Shown here: in pieces, positions 39,666 through 51,093 of the stretch
Position numbering within the stretch: the stretch's first letter is position 1
Layout: every line of letters starts with the position of its first letter
From: an uncultured Candidatus Entotheonella sp.
Lineage (GTDB): Bacteria > Tectomicrobia > Entotheonellia > Entotheonellales > Entotheonellaceae
Assembly (NCBI GenBank): GCA_965217185.1
Contig: OZ244252.1
Span: 3,392,001 to 3,456,000, forward strand
Direction of reading: 5' to 3'
DNA length: 64,000 bases
Translations under genes and position numbers: made by a program
The notes under the pieces: generated by a model
Database searches by the model: none
What the model was told of the DNA's origin: nothing
Seen by the model: the letters and a program-made list of their open reading frames with translations, nothing else

Positions 39666-39667
39666 CG

Positions 39668-41163
<1,496 letters not shown>

Positions 41164-41171
41164 ACAGCTTT

Positions 41172-42101
41172 TTACAGGGCGTCCGCGCCACTGACGACCT
41201 CGATCAGTTCCTTGGTAATAGCGGCCTGCCGCGCCCGGTTGAAGGTCAGGGTGAGGCTGGCGATCATATCCGAGGCATTTTCCGTCGCCGAATCCATGGC
41301 CGTCATGCGGGCGCCGTGCTCGCCCGCGAAAGACTCCAGCAGCACCTGGAAGAGCTGCACGTCGACCTCCCGGCGCAGCAGGCTGTCCAGAACCACCTCG
41401 ACGGACGGCTCGTAGATGAAATCAAACGGCTCGGCGGGCTCGGCATCCATCGTGGTGTGGCCGCTCATGGGCAGGAGTTGCAGGGTGGTCACGACCTGGT
41501 GCACGGCGGAGCCGAACCGGTTGTACAGAACCAGGACGTTCTTGTACCCGGCAGCGGCTTGCGAGGCTTCGTCCGCATAGCCGTAGTCGTCGTCGTCTTC
41601 GGCGTCGTCCGGCGTGCCCTCATAGGCCGCCAGAATCGTCGCCGCCAGTTCCACGGCCTGTTCGTACGCCACCTGGCGGGTGAACAGGTCCATATAAGAC
41701 GCCTGCAACTCGTAACGGCGATAGGTGAGAAAATCCCGCCCCTTGCGTCCGACCGTGATGATATCGACGTTCTCATTGCCGCCCAGCTCACGCAGCAACT
41801 CGGCGGCGGCGCGCTGCACGTTGCCATTGAATCCGCCGCACAGGCCGCGATCCGACGTCACCAGCACCAGCAAGGTCTTGCCGCTGTCGCGGGGCGCCAG
41901 AAGGGGATGGATGCCGGGCCGCACGCGCGCGTCGAGGTGCTCGAGCACCTGCCGCAGACGTTGCGAATAGGGCCGCGCCGCCAGCACGCGGTCCTGGGCG
42001 CGCTGCAGCTTGGCGGCGGAGACCATTTTCATGGCGTTGGTGATCTGCTGGGTGTTCTTGACGCTGACGATACGCCGGCGGATGTCGCGCAAACTTGGCA
42101 T
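41172..42101 (-). CDS. atpG: ATP synthase F1 gamma subunit
   Basis: ITNAMKMVSAAK, SDRGLCGGFN, EHGARMTAM, NRARQAAITKEL. Confidence 0.97.
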   Translation of the reverse strand: MPSLRDIRRRIVSVKNTQQITNAMKMVSAAKLQRAQDRVLAARPYSQRLRQVLEHLDARVRPGIHPLLAPRDSGKTLLVLVTSDRGLCGGFNGNVQRAAAELLRELGGNENVDIITVGRKGRDFLTYRRYELQASYMDLFTRQVAYEQAVELAATILAAYEGTPDDAEDDDDYGYADEASQAAAGYKNVLVLYNRFGSAVHQVVTTLQLLPMSGHTTMDAEPAEPFDFIYEPSVEVVLDSLLRREVDVQLFQVLLESFAGEHGARMTAMDSATENASDMIASLTLTFNRARQAAITKELIEVVSGADAL

Positions 42102-42103
42102 GA

Positions 42104-43666
42104 CTAGGCCGCTCCCGCCGGTGCGGCTTGCGACGCCTTGAAGGTTGCCAGGGCCTCGCGCAGCGCTGTTTGCGTCTCGTCGGTGATTTGTCCGGTCTCC
42201 ACGATACTGCGCGGGATGTCGGGGTGGCGCGTTTCGACGTTTTGCAGGAAATCGCGCGTGAAGACTTGGCAGGCATCGGTCGGCTGGTCGTCCAGAAAGC
42301 CGTTGACGGCTGCGAAAATGGTAATGACCTGCTGCTCGAAGCGCAGCGGTTCGTACTGGTCCTGCTTGAGGATTTCGACCATGCGCTCGCCGCGCGACAA
42401 CTGCGCCTGGGTGGCGGCGTCGAGCTCGCTGCCGAACTGCGCGAAGGCCGCCATTTCCCGGTACTGCGCCAAGTCGAGGCGCAGCCGCCCGGCCACCTGC
42501 TTCATGGCCCGCGTCTGCGCCGCGCCGCCGACGCGCGACACGGACAGGCCGACGTTGATCGCCGGGCGCACGCCGGAATAGAACAGGTCGGATTCGAGAT
42601 AAATCTGGCCGTCGGTGATGGAAATGACGTTGGTGGGGATGTAGGCCGACACGTCACCGGCCTGGGTTTCGATGATCGGCAGCGCCGTTAGCGAGCCGCC
42701 GCCGTGGTCGTCGCTGAGCTTGGCGGCGCGTTCCAGCAGGCGCGAGTGCAGGTAGAACACGTCGCCGGGGTAGGCTTCGCGTCCAGGCGGGCGGCGCAGC
42801 AGCAGCGAAAGCTGGCGGTAGGCCGCTGCCTGCTTGGAGAGATCGTCGTAGATGCACAGCGCGTGGCCGCCCTTGTCGCGGAAATACTCGCCCATGGCGC
42901 ACCCGGCGTAGGGCGCTACGTATTGCAGGGGCGCCGGATCGCTGGCCGTGGCCGCTACCACGATGGAGTAGCGCATGGCGCCGTGCTCTTCCAGCACCCG
43001 CACGACCTGCGCCACCGTCGAACGCTTCTGGCCGATGGCGACGTAGATGCAGACGACGCCGGGATGCCCCGGCTTCCACGTCGGCTCCGCCTCCCACGCC
43101 GCCTTCTGGCTGATCATGGCGTCGATGGCCACTGCGGTCTTGCCGGTCTGGCGGTCGCCGATGATGAGCTCGCGCTGCCCGCGTCCGATCGGCACCATGG
43201 AATCAATAGCCTTGAGGCCGGTTTGCAGCGGCTGGTTCACCGGATGGCGGTCGATCACGCCCGGCGCGATGCGCTCGATGGGGCTGCTGTCCTTGGTGTC
43301 GACCGGCCCCTTGCCGTCGATGGGCTGCCCCAGCGAATTGACGACGCGCCCGATCATCGCCTCGCCCACCGGCACCTCCATGATGCGCCCGGTGCGGCGT
43401 ACCTCGTCGCCCTCCTTGATGTCCGTGTCGGAACCCAGCAACACCGCGCCGACGTTATCCTCTTCAAGATTGAGGGCCATGCCGTAAATGTCGTGCGGGA
43501 AGAGCAACAACTCGCCGGCCATACACTTGTCGAGGCCGTAAATGCGGGCGATGCCGTCGCCGACGGTAATCACCGAGCCCGTTTCGGCAAGCTCGACCTC
43601 GCCGACGTAGCCCTCGATCTGGCGTTTGATGATCTCGCTGATTTCTGCTGCGTTAATGTCCGCCAC
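42104..43666 (-). CDS. atpA: ATP synthase F1 alpha subunit
   Basis: [40 protein letters not shown]. Confidence 0.98.
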   Translation of the reverse strand: MADINAAEISEIIKRQIEGYVGEVELAETGSVITVGDGIARIYGLDKCMAGELLLFPHDIYGMALNLEEDNVGAVLLGSDTDIKEGDEVRRTGRIMEVPVGEAMIGRVVNSLGQPIDGKGPVDTKDSSPIERIAPGVIDRHPVNQPLQTGLKAIDSMVPIGRGQRELIIGDRQTGKTAVAIDAMISQKAAWEAEPTWKPGHPGVVCIYVAIGQKRSTVAQVVRVLEEHGAMRYSIVVAATASDPAPLQYVAPYAGCAMGEYFRDKGGHALCIYDDLSKQAAAYRQLSLLLRRPPGREAYPGDVFYLHSRLLERAAKLSDDHGGGSLTALPIIETQAGDVSAYIPTNVISITDGQIYLESDLFYSGVRPAINVGLSVSRVGGAAQTRAMKQVAGRLRLDLAQYREMAAFAQFGSELDAATQAQLSRGERMVEILKQDQYEPLRFEQQVITIFAAVNGFLDDQPTDACQVFTRDFLQNVETRHPDIPRSIVETGQITDETQTALREALATFKASQAAPAGAA

Positions 43667-43672
43667 GGCGCC

Positions 43673-44215
43673 TCATCCTCCTATCAGTTCCTTGCGTAAC
43701 CGGGTGAGCTGGCCTCGCAGGCTGCCATCCAGAACGACGTTGTTGACACGCACCACCAAGCCGCCAAGGATGCCCGGGTCCACGTGTGCTTCCAGAATCA
43801 CGTTCTTGTGCGTCATGTCCGTGATTTTCTGCGTCACGGCGTCGCGTTGGTCCGCCGCAAGCTCGGTGGCCGTGGTCACCTGCGCCACCACGCGGCGCAA
43901 TTCCTCGTTGGCCAGTTGCTCGTAGTGCTGACAGACCACGTCGAATTGGTTCAAGCGTTCTTTTTCAAGAAGAAGCAGGAGAAAATTCCGCAGCAGGGGA
44001 GTCGGCTGCGTGCGGTCAAGAATAGCCGTCAGAAGATCGGCTTTGACCTTGGCGTCGATGCCGGGATTGTTCAGCAGCAGTTGCAGGTTGGCGTTGGAGC
44101 GCAGGAGATCGAGGTGCTGCTGCAATTGCTCGGCGATGTCGGCGACCTGACCATCGCGCTTGGCCAACTCCATCAAGGCTTTCGCATATCTCCGCGCCGC
44201 GGCCCTGCCTTTCAA
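43673..44215 (-). CDS. atpH: ATP synthase F1 delta subunit
   Basis: ARRYAKAL, NFLLLLLEKER, VDPGILGGL, DGSLRGQL; GGAGG RBS before TTG. Confidence 0.95.
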   Translation of the reverse strand: MKGRAAARRYAKALMELAKRDGQVADIAEQLQQHLDLLRSNANLQLLLNNPGIDAKVKADLLTAILDRTQPTPLLRNFLLLLLEKERLNQFDVVCQHYEQLANEELRRVVAQVTTATELAADQRDAVTQKITDMTHKNVILEAHVDPGILGGLVVRVNNVVLDGSLRGQLTRLRKELIGG

Positions 44216-44436
44216 GGTCTTCCTCCCAAGTTTGTAGCGTGCACTAAGTGTACCGGTAATGCCCGGGCAGATCGTGTCTGTGGACGCAACGGTTTACGGC
44301 CTTGGCTCCCGCCTCGCCCCATCTTCACAAAGTTGTTCCCCGCACCTGTCTGCCAGCGCATTGCCAGTCACCAAGGTTCAGGGAAATGGGCAAGAAAAAC
44401 GGGGGGTAAGTTCAAATTTCCTGAAATCGGGGCATC

Positions 44437-44465
44437 AAGCTACCATATTTTCAAGGCCGCTGCAA
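44437..44465 (-). promoter_or_regulatory. Putative sigma70 promoter of atpHAGDC
   Basis: Minus strand TTGCAG-N17-TAGCTT with an extended -10 TG. Confidence 0.45.
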
Positions 44466-44484
44466 TTCAGCGCGCGGGCGCCTC

Positions 44485-45480
44485 TTAAGCCAATTCGTAG
44501 GTGGAAGTGAGCTTCGGCTCGTCACCGTCGACCACCCTGGCGCGGGCGGTGTCGACGAGGTGCAGCAGGTGAGCGTGCACCGAATTGGCCGCCGGATACC
44601 ATAGGCGCTTGTCGTATCCGGCGTACATGTCGGGCACGACGTCGGCGATGCGCCGGGCGCCGCCGCGCAGTTGGGCGATGATCTGCTGCTCGCGCTCCTC
44701 ACGGTGCGCGATGCACATCCGCACGTAACGGTCCGGCTCGGTGATGGCGGGTCCGTGCGTCGGCCAGAAGCGCTCGGCCTGGCGGGGCAACAGCTTGCGC
44801 AGCGACGCCAGGTAGTCCTCCATGGAGCCGTCCGGCGGCGACACCACGCTGGTGGCCCAGCCCATCACGTGGTCGCCGGAGAGCAGGCAGTTTTCCTCCT
44901 GCAGGTGGTAGCACAGGTGATTGGAGCAGTGGCCGGGGGTGTGCACCGCGGTCATCGTCCAGCCGTCGCCGCGCACTACGTCGCCGTCGCTGAGGCGTTC
45001 GTCGGGCCGGAAATCGAGGTCGGGGCCCTCGCGCTTCAGCTCGGCCGGCAGGTCGGCCCATTCCTTGTCGAAACGGCTCTTCTCTTCCACCGTGAAGTAG
45101 GCCGAAAAATCCACCCGGTCGTGCGGGTCGTAAGCCCGCACCGCGCCGTGCGGCCCGAAGCCGTAGGAGCGGGCGCCGGTCACCTCCTGCAGGCGGGCGG
45201 TCAGGGACGAATGATCGCTGTGCGTGTGGGTAATCAGGACGTGCGTCACCGTCTCGCCGGGCCCCAGCGCCGCCAGCACGTCGTCCACGTGCGAGGACAG
45301 CGGTGGCCCGGGATCGATCACCGCCACCCGGCCCGTGCCCACGATGTAGGTGCCCGTGCCCTTATAGGTGAACGGCGTCGGATTGCGGCAAACGACCCGG
45401 CGAATCAGCGGCGTCATTCGCATGACGGCGCCGTAGTCAAACGTGCCCATGTCGCGGTAGTGCTCAATTTGCACGGCCAT
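44485..45480 (-). CDS. MBL-fold metallo-hydrolase (LACTB2-like)
   Basis: NPTPFTYKGTGTY, IDPGP, THTHSDHS, HTPGH, SGDHVMG, PTHG. Confidence 0.9.
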   Translation of the reverse strand: MAVQIEHYRDMGTFDYGAVMRMTPLIRRVVCRNPTPFTYKGTGTYIVGTGRVAVIDPGPPLSSHVDDVLAALGPGETVTHVLITHTHSDHSSLTARLQEVTGARSYGFGPHGAVRAYDPHDRVDFSAYFTVEEKSRFDKEWADLPAELKREGPDLDFRPDERLSDGDVVRGDGWTMTAVHTPGHCSNHLCYHLQEENCLLSGDHVMGWATSVVSPPDGSMEDYLASLRKLLPRQAERFWPTHGPAITEPDRYVRMCIAHREEREQQIIAQLRGGARRIADVVPDMYAGYDKRLWYPAANSVHAHLLHLVDTARARVVDGDEPKLTSTYELA

Positions 45481-45647
45481 ATCGCTCCTTTCCTGCGTTG
45501 CGGTCGCCCATCCTAAGGGCCGCCTTCCGCCGCTGTCAAGAACGCCGTCGCGTTTGCCAACGCCTGTGACTTGTCATCTAATAAGGCACGTCGGCTCCGT
45601 GCGGCGCAACCCCGAACACCTTCCCTTCTCACACAGCGAGGCACCCC

Positions 45648-46862
45648 ATGAAGATCACCAACATCGAAACCTTCATCGTCGACGCCGGCTGGCGGCCCTG
45701 GACCTACGTCAAGGTGGAAACCGACGCCAGCATCACCGGCTGGGGTGAGTGCAGCGATGGCAGATCGCCGCACGGCATCGTCGGCACCATCACGGACCTC
45801 AAGCCCATGCTGATCGGCCAGGACCCGAGGGCGTTCGAGGCGCGCTTCTGGGACATGGTGCGCGCCACCCGCCAAAGCCCCGGCGGCATCGCGGCCAAGG
45901 CGCTGGCCGGGCTGGACTGCGCCTTCATCGACATCAAGGCCAAGGCACTCGGCATCTCGGCGGTCGAGCTGTTCGGCGGGCCGACGCGTGACAAGGTGCG
46001 CCTCTACTGGTCGCACTGCGGCTCCTCACGGGTGCGCCATCACGACCTCATCGGCGTGCCGCCCATCGAGACGTGGGACGACGTGACGGCCCTGGGCAAG
46101 GAGGTGGCGTCGCGCGGCTTCACCGCCCTGAAGACGAATGTCGTCATGCCGGGCCAGCAAGGCACCTGGTACAGCGGCTTCGACGGCCAGACCGGCCCCA
46201 ACGACGAGATCGTCCCTGCGTGGCTGCTGGCGCACATCGAGAAGCTCATCGGCACCTTCCGCGACGCCGTCGGGCCGGACGTGGACATCAACCTCGACCT
46301 CAACTTCCACTTCAAGCCGGAAGCCTGCATGCGCATCGCGCGCGTCCTGGAGCCGTTCAAGCTCCTGTGGCTCGAAATCGACCGCTACGACCCGCAGGCC
46401 CTCCTGCAAATCAAGCAGTCCACCGCCACCAAAATCTGCACGGGGGAAAACCTGTACTACATGCGCGACTACCTGCCGTATTTCCAACTGCACGCCGCCG
46501 ACGTGTTCATGATCGACGTGCCCTGGAACGGCTTCAGCCAGTCGAAGAAGATCGGCGATCTGGCCGAGGTCTTCCAGCTCAACGTGGCGCCGCACAACTA
46601 CTACAGCCACATGTCGACGTGCATCAGCGCCGCCCTGTGCGCCACGCTGCCCAACGTGCGCATCATGGAGATTGACATCGACGACGTGCCTTGGAAGGAT
46701 GACCTGACGACGGCGGTGCCCGACATCAAGGACGGCTACATGACGGTGCCCAGCGGGCCGGGATGGGGCATCGAGCTGAATGAGGAGGTGACGCGGGCGC
46801 ACCCGTGGGACCCCGCCAAATCCGGGTATTCCAAATCGGCGCCGCCATCGAAGAGTTTTTAG
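45648..46862 (+). CDS. Mandelate racemase/muconate lactonizing enzyme family (sugar-acid dehydratase-like)
   Basis: VKVETD..GWGE, DIKAKALG, GFTALK, TGEN, APHN, GPGWGIE. Confidence 0.88.
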   Translation: MKITNIETFIVDAGWRPWTYVKVETDASITGWGECSDGRSPHGIVGTITDLKPMLIGQDPRAFEARFWDMVRATRQSPGGIAAKALAGLDCAFIDIKAKALGISAVELFGGPTRDKVRLYWSHCGSSRVRHHDLIGVPPIETWDDVTALGKEVASRGFTALKTNVVMPGQQGTWYSGFDGQTGPNDEIVPAWLLAHIEKLIGTFRDAVGPDVDINLDLNFHFKPEACMRIARVLEPFKLLWLEIDRYDPQALLQIKQSTATKICTGENLYYMRDYLPYFQLHAADVFMIDVPWNGFSQSKKIGDLAEVFQLNVAPHNYYSHMSTCISAALCATLPNVRIMEIDIDDVPWKDDLTTAVPDIKDGYMTVPSGPGWGIELNEEVTRAHPWDPAKSGYSKSAPPSKSF

Positions 46863-47023
46863 AGCCCGGTATCGGATCAAATTGCCCGTCGTCCCAGCCC
46901 CCGGAGGGACAAGCAATCCCTCCCTTTCGAGGGGATAGGATCAGGGAATGGGGGTATAATCTGATATTGATCCAGAGAAGATCTGAAGCAGACGGGAACC
47001 GTTTCCGCCTTAAAGGCATGGCG

Positions 47024-47608
47024 ATGAAACATCTAGCGGGTTTCAGGGATTATCTGAACACTGCCTACGAGCAGTCCGTGTTCGAGCGGGCGCTCGTCGC
47101 GCAGGACCTGTGGGCATGCCACCTGCACACCCACCGCATGGCGCGGCTGCGGGTGGCGACCAACCTGACCCACGACCTGCAGGTGAACGTCGAGGGCGAG
47201 GGGCCGGAGGACCTGCCGAAGCTGCACGTCAAGCTGCTGTACCCAGCCGCCCACGCCGCCGTGGTGGCGCCCCTTATCAAGTCCGACCCGCGCGTCCGGG
47301 CGCAGGGACTCAAGCCAATTTTGTCGCCGGCAGCCCGCCATCACGTGAAGAACAAGTCGCTGTTCGTGCTCATGAAGGATCGTGACGTGGTGTTCTTCAC
47401 CCTTCTGGAAGGCGAGGCCGTGAGGGGCATCATCAGCGATTTCAGCCGCTACGACATCACTGTCAACCTCAAGGGCGGCCTGCCCGTGGTGCTGTTGCGG
47501 CACAGCATCTACGATCTGCGCAACAAGCGGGGACGCTGCTACCTGAAATCCTTCCAGGATACCCACCGCGACTGGCAGAAGAGCGAATACTTCGTGCCGT
47601 CGCGCTGA
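47024..47608 (+). CDS. Hypothetical protein with two Hfq/Sm-like repeats
   Basis: Host-like codon usage from 47024 (or 47018); VFFTLLEGEAVRGIISDFSRYDITV...LLRHSI matches the Sm1/Sm2 pattern; TATAAT at 46955. Confidence 0.65.
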   Translation: MKHLAGFRDYLNTAYEQSVFERALVAQDLWACHLHTHRMARLRVATNLTHDLQVNVEGEGPEDLPKLHVKLLYPAAHAAVVAPLIKSDPRVRAQGLKPILSPAARHHVKNKSLFVLMKDRDVVFFTLLEGEAVRGIISDFSRYDITVNLKGGLPVVLLRHSIYDLRNKRGRCYLKSFQDTHRDWQKSEYFVPSR

Positions 47609-47621
47609 GCGCTTCCATCCT

Positions 47622-48476
47622 TCAGGAATCCTTGCTTGCCAGCAGCACGAAGAGGCGGCTATCGCGCTGCACTGGCGTGCCCTTCCAATCGCCGCAGGCC
47701 GCGGTGAGGGTGAGGCCGGCGGCGGCGAGCATGCGCTTGAGCTCGGTGAGCGAATAGGCTTGCCCGCTCAACCCGAAGGCGTGCACGACGCCGGTTTCGG
47801 CCTCGCAAATGAAATCCCGCCGCGCGTAAGTCTTGTTGCGGGCGTAATAAAAGTACTCACTCAACACGAGTTGAGAGAAGCGCCCGGCGATGAAATCCCC
47901 GCCAACCCACCATTCCTGCATGCCATCCAGATCGGCGAAGAACGCCGGGGCATAAACGTCGATCAGCAGCGTGCCGCCGGGGCGCAGGCTGCGGCTGATG
48001 CGCTGCAGCACGGCTTCCGCGTCCCGGCGCGGCATTTCCGTGAAACACCCGAAGATGAAGGTGACGACGTGGAAGACGTTTTCGAAGGGCAGGTGCCGCA
48101 AGTCGCCGTGCAGCCATTCGGCGTGCACCCCGGCGCGTTTGGCTCGCCGGCGGGCGGCGTCGATGGCGGCAGGACCCAGGTCGATACCCGTCACGACGGC
48201 GCCGCGTTTCGCCATGGCAATGCTATGCCGGCCGCCGCCGCAGGCAAGATCGAGAATGCGGTGACCGGAGGTCAGCAGGCCGTTGCGTGCCAGGAAAGTG
48301 ACCTCCCGCTGCGTGTAGCGGCTTGAGCGGGTGGCAGTGCGAAGGAAGTGGCGGCTGAAGTCGGACTCGTGCCAAGGCAGCGAGCCGACATCGACGAACG
48401 GCTGCGGGCGCGTTTTTCGCGCGGCAATGGTCTGTAAGCCGCGCAAAAAGGCGGTGGGAACATTCGGAATGGACAC
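47622..48476 (-). CDS. Class I SAM-dependent methyltransferase
   Basis: ILDLACGGGRH, GIDL, GDLR, LRPGG. Confidence 0.88.
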   Translation of the reverse strand: MSIPNVPTAFLRGLQTIAARKTRPQPFVDVGSLPWHESDFSRHFLRTATRSSRYTQREVTFLARNGLLTSGHRILDLACGGGRHSIAMAKRGAVVTGIDLGPAAIDAARRRAKRAGVHAEWLHGDLRHLPFENVFHVVTFIFGCFTEMPRRDAEAVLQRISRSLRPGGTLLIDVYAPAFFADLDGMQEWWVGGDFIAGRFSQLVLSEYFYYARNKTYARRDFICEAETGVVHAFGLSGQAYSLTELKRMLAAAGLTLTAACGDWKGTPVQRDSRLFVLLASKDS

Positions 48477-48480
48477 GCGG

Positions 48481-49380
48481 CTACACGGCGCCTCCGCCTC
48501 CAGGGCCCCGGCGACTCTGGCGCAAAAATTGCTGAATTTCGTCCACGATGACGTCCGTGTCCACGTTCGGCTGCTCACTCTGAGCCGTGTCGTAGGCCTG
48601 TTCGAGGCGCTTTACGTACTCCGCCAAGTCGGGATGGTTGTCCAACTGCGCGTGCAAGGCGTCGTCGAGTTCGGCGGCGTGCTCCTCGATCGGTTGCAAA
48701 TCGACGGACAGGCGCCACATGCGGCGCAGCAGACGCAGCATGGCCTGGGCGACGTGCGGATAGCTGCCCTCGATGTAGGTCGGCGTGCCGCCCCACAGGC
48801 TGATGCCCTCGATGCCGCGCTCCTGGCAGGCGGCCAGCAGGTAAGATTGGATGCCGGTCGGCCCCTCATAATCGGTGAGTTCCACGTCGTGCGCCATGAG
48901 TTCCGGGCGTAGGGCGGCGTCGGTAACCACCGCGGCGATGCGCGGCGTGCGGGTATGGGGCGCGTGGTCGAGATAGCCGCCGATGGTGTAGACCCGCTGC
49001 ACCTGAAAGCGCTCTGCACAGGCGAGGATGGCTGCCACGTATTCCTGCCAGTGCAGATCGGGCTCCACGCCCTCCAGCAGGATGAGATCGTGTTCACTGT
49101 CCTGCGGGCACTGCCAGCTGTACAGCGTATTGGACGGAAAGCGCATGGACTCGATCAACCCCTGGTGGATGACCGTCTCGGGACGGCTGGCCAGCGTGGG
49201 CGAGGCGTAGATGTAGAGGCCGTCGGAGACAATCTCGCCCAAGGGCTCCGTTGCCAGGCTGGATTGCAGAAATTCCACCACCTCAGTGGACACCTCGCCG
49301 CCGTTGGCCCAACCGCCGAAACCGGCGAGCAGGTAAGGCGCCCGGAGGTCGGGCGTGCGGGTCAAGGCCAATCTGTTCAT
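48481..49380 (-). CDS. PAC2 (proteasome assembly chaperone)-family protein
   Basis: AGFGGWANGGE, EPDLHWQEY, PHTR, YEGPTGI, PTY, EYVKRLE. Confidence 0.85.
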   Translation of the reverse strand: MNRLALTRTPDLRAPYLLAGFGGWANGGEVSTEVVEFLQSSLATEPLGEIVSDGLYIYASPTLASRPETVIHQGLIESMRFPSNTLYSWQCPQDSEHDLILLEGVEPDLHWQEYVAAILACAERFQVQRVYTIGGYLDHAPHTRTPRIAAVVTDAALRPELMAHDVELTDYEGPTGIQSYLLAACQERGIEGISLWGGTPTYIEGSYPHVAQAMLRLLRRMWRLSVDLQPIEEHAAELDDALHAQLDNHPDLAEYVKRLEQAYDTAQSEQPNVDTDVIVDEIQQFLRQSRRGPGGGGAV

Positions 49381-49496
49381 GATCGCGCCTCGTTGTCAGT
49401 GTTGTTGTGGTGATAAGCTGGAAATTCAGTGTGAGGGATGCCGTCAAGCATAGCGGCTTGCACCCGGCGAAGCAACGTCGGAAACCCGGCCCGACC

Positions 49497-50879
49497 TTAC
49501 AACCCCAGTTTCCCCGGATTCATGATGCCGTTCGGATCCAGCTCCCTCTTTATGCGCCGCAAGACCGACAACCCCTCGCCGTGCTCGCGACGCATGAGCG
49601 GTGCCAGGCGCAACCCCACCCCGTGGCAATACTCCATCGCGCCCTCGGCATCCTGCGCCAGTTCCAGCAACTGCGCGTGCCCCTCAGCCATGGCCGCCAC
49701 GCCGCCGCCGGAGTAAACCAGCGAAAACAGCCCGGCATGCGCCCACAGCCCGGTCTGGTGGACGTGAAAACCCCGCGCTGCCAGCAACTTCAAACTTTCG
49801 CGCCGGTATGCCAGCACCGCGCTCGGCGGCAGCGCGACGTGCACGTAGTCGAGCTCCGGCCGGCCGCGGCGCTCCCCGGCTCGGCGTGCCCTGGCATACG
49901 CATCCCCGCTGGCGTGCCGCTGCTCCCAGAAGTGCTGCACATCGGACGGATCGAGCGCCTGGCCGCCGCTTCGCAGGCATACCTCCCGCCCCGCCTGCGC
50001 CTCGGCACGGGCGACGACCTGCGGTCCTTCGTAACTGACGTACAAAGCCGTTGGGGGATCGTGACCGGCACTCGGATCGTCATCGCCGTATTCGAGCAGT
50101 CCGGGGCGGATACCCGCTTGCAGCAGGGCGTGGATGGCCTCAAAGCCGGCGGCGAAATCGGCGAATTCCCAGCCCTCCAGCAACCGCGCCTGCGGGATGG
50201 GAAACAGCCGCAGGGTGGCGCGCGTGACCACTCCGAAGCAGCCCTCGGCGCCGATGAGCAAGCGGTGCAGGCCCGGACCGGTGGAGGCCTTCTCCACCGC
50301 ACGCGTGGTGACGATCTCGCCGGTCGGCGTGACCGCTTCCAACCCCAGGACCTGATCGCCCATGGCGCCGTGCTTGCCGCCGAGGTAGCCCAGGCTGTTG
50401 GTGGCAATCGTGCCGCCTACCGTGGCCACCGAAACCGTCCACGGATCGTGCCCGCACATCAGGCCGTGCGGCTCGGCCGCTGCGTTCAACGCCGCAATCG
50501 TCGCTCCGGCGCCAGCCTCCACCATGCGGTCCGCAGGACGAACCCGCACCTCCGTCAGCCGGCACAAATCGAGCACCACCCCCGGCGTTACCGACGCCGC
50601 GCCGCCCATCAAGCCGCTGCCGCCGCCCAGCGGAATCACCGGCACTCGGTGCGTATTGGCCAGCCGGACAACTTCCTGCACCTCCGTCGTGCTGCGGGGG
50701 CTCACGACACACAGGGGCCGCGCCGATTCGCTGCCGGCCGGCAGCCGCGACGGGTGCATGGCATCGCACGCCAGCAAGGCCAGCGACGCGTCATCCGTGC
50801 GGATACGGGACGAGCCGAGCGACGCCATCATGGCATTCAGCATATCGCCGGAGCGCGGCAGCAGATTGGATTTCGACAT
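49497..50879 (-). CDS. FAD-binding oxidoreductase (GlcD/alkyl-DHAP synthase-like)
   Basis: GGGSGLMGG, ATVGGTIATN, GAEGCFGVVT, HGVG, LDPNGIMNPGK. Confidence 0.88.
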   Translation of the reverse strand: MSKSNLLPRSGDMLNAMMASLGSSRIRTDDASLALLACDAMHPSRLPAGSESARPLCVVSPRSTTEVQEVVRLANTHRVPVIPLGGGSGLMGGAASVTPGVVLDLCRLTEVRVRPADRMVEAGAGATIAALNAAAEPHGLMCGHDPWTVSVATVGGTIATNSLGYLGGKHGAMGDQVLGLEAVTPTGEIVTTRAVEKASTGPGLHRLLIGAEGCFGVVTRATLRLFPIPQARLLEGWEFADFAAGFEAIHALLQAGIRPGLLEYGDDDPSAGHDPPTALYVSYEGPQVVARAEAQAGREVCLRSGGQALDPSDVQHFWEQRHASGDAYARARRAGERRGRPELDYVHVALPPSAVLAYRRESLKLLAARGFHVHQTGLWAHAGLFSLVYSGGGVAAMAEGHAQLLELAQDAEGAMEYCHGVGLRLAPLMRREHGEGLSVLRRIKRELDPNGIMNPGKLGL

Positions 50880-51007
50880 GGGCGGTTCGTTTCCTCATTC
50901 ATGTGAAGGCAACGGCGGCAGAAGGCCGGGGATGCACGGCATCCTAGCAACCTGCCCCCCATAGCGTCCAGACAGCGGCGGCATCATTCGGCCCGTCCCA
51001 TGCGCGG

Positions 51008-51036
51008 TTGTAGAACTTTTCGGCTATGCGTATAGT
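51008..51036 (+). promoter_or_regulatory. Putative sigma70 promoter of the TerC gene
   Basis: TTGTAG-N17-TATAGT. Confidence 0.55.
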
Positions 51037-51093
51037 ATTCAGACTCATTCAAACAACACGAAGGCAAGGTTTCGGCAGACAAGAGGGCGATTG

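Noticed and set aside
44239..44253. Imperfect palindrome GTGCACTAAGTGTAC in the atpH leader
   Set aside because: Single short occurrence that I cannot assign to a known regulator; could be chance.
48481..49380. PAC2 gene as evidence of a Pup-proteasome system
   Set aside because: No proteasome, pup, pafA or dop genes are in the window, and PAC2-family genes occur without them.
51037..51093. yybP-ykoY Mn2+ riboswitch upstream of the TerC/Alx gene
   Set aside because: The leader after the candidate promoter is only about 50 nt and lacks the GGGGAGUA-type core.
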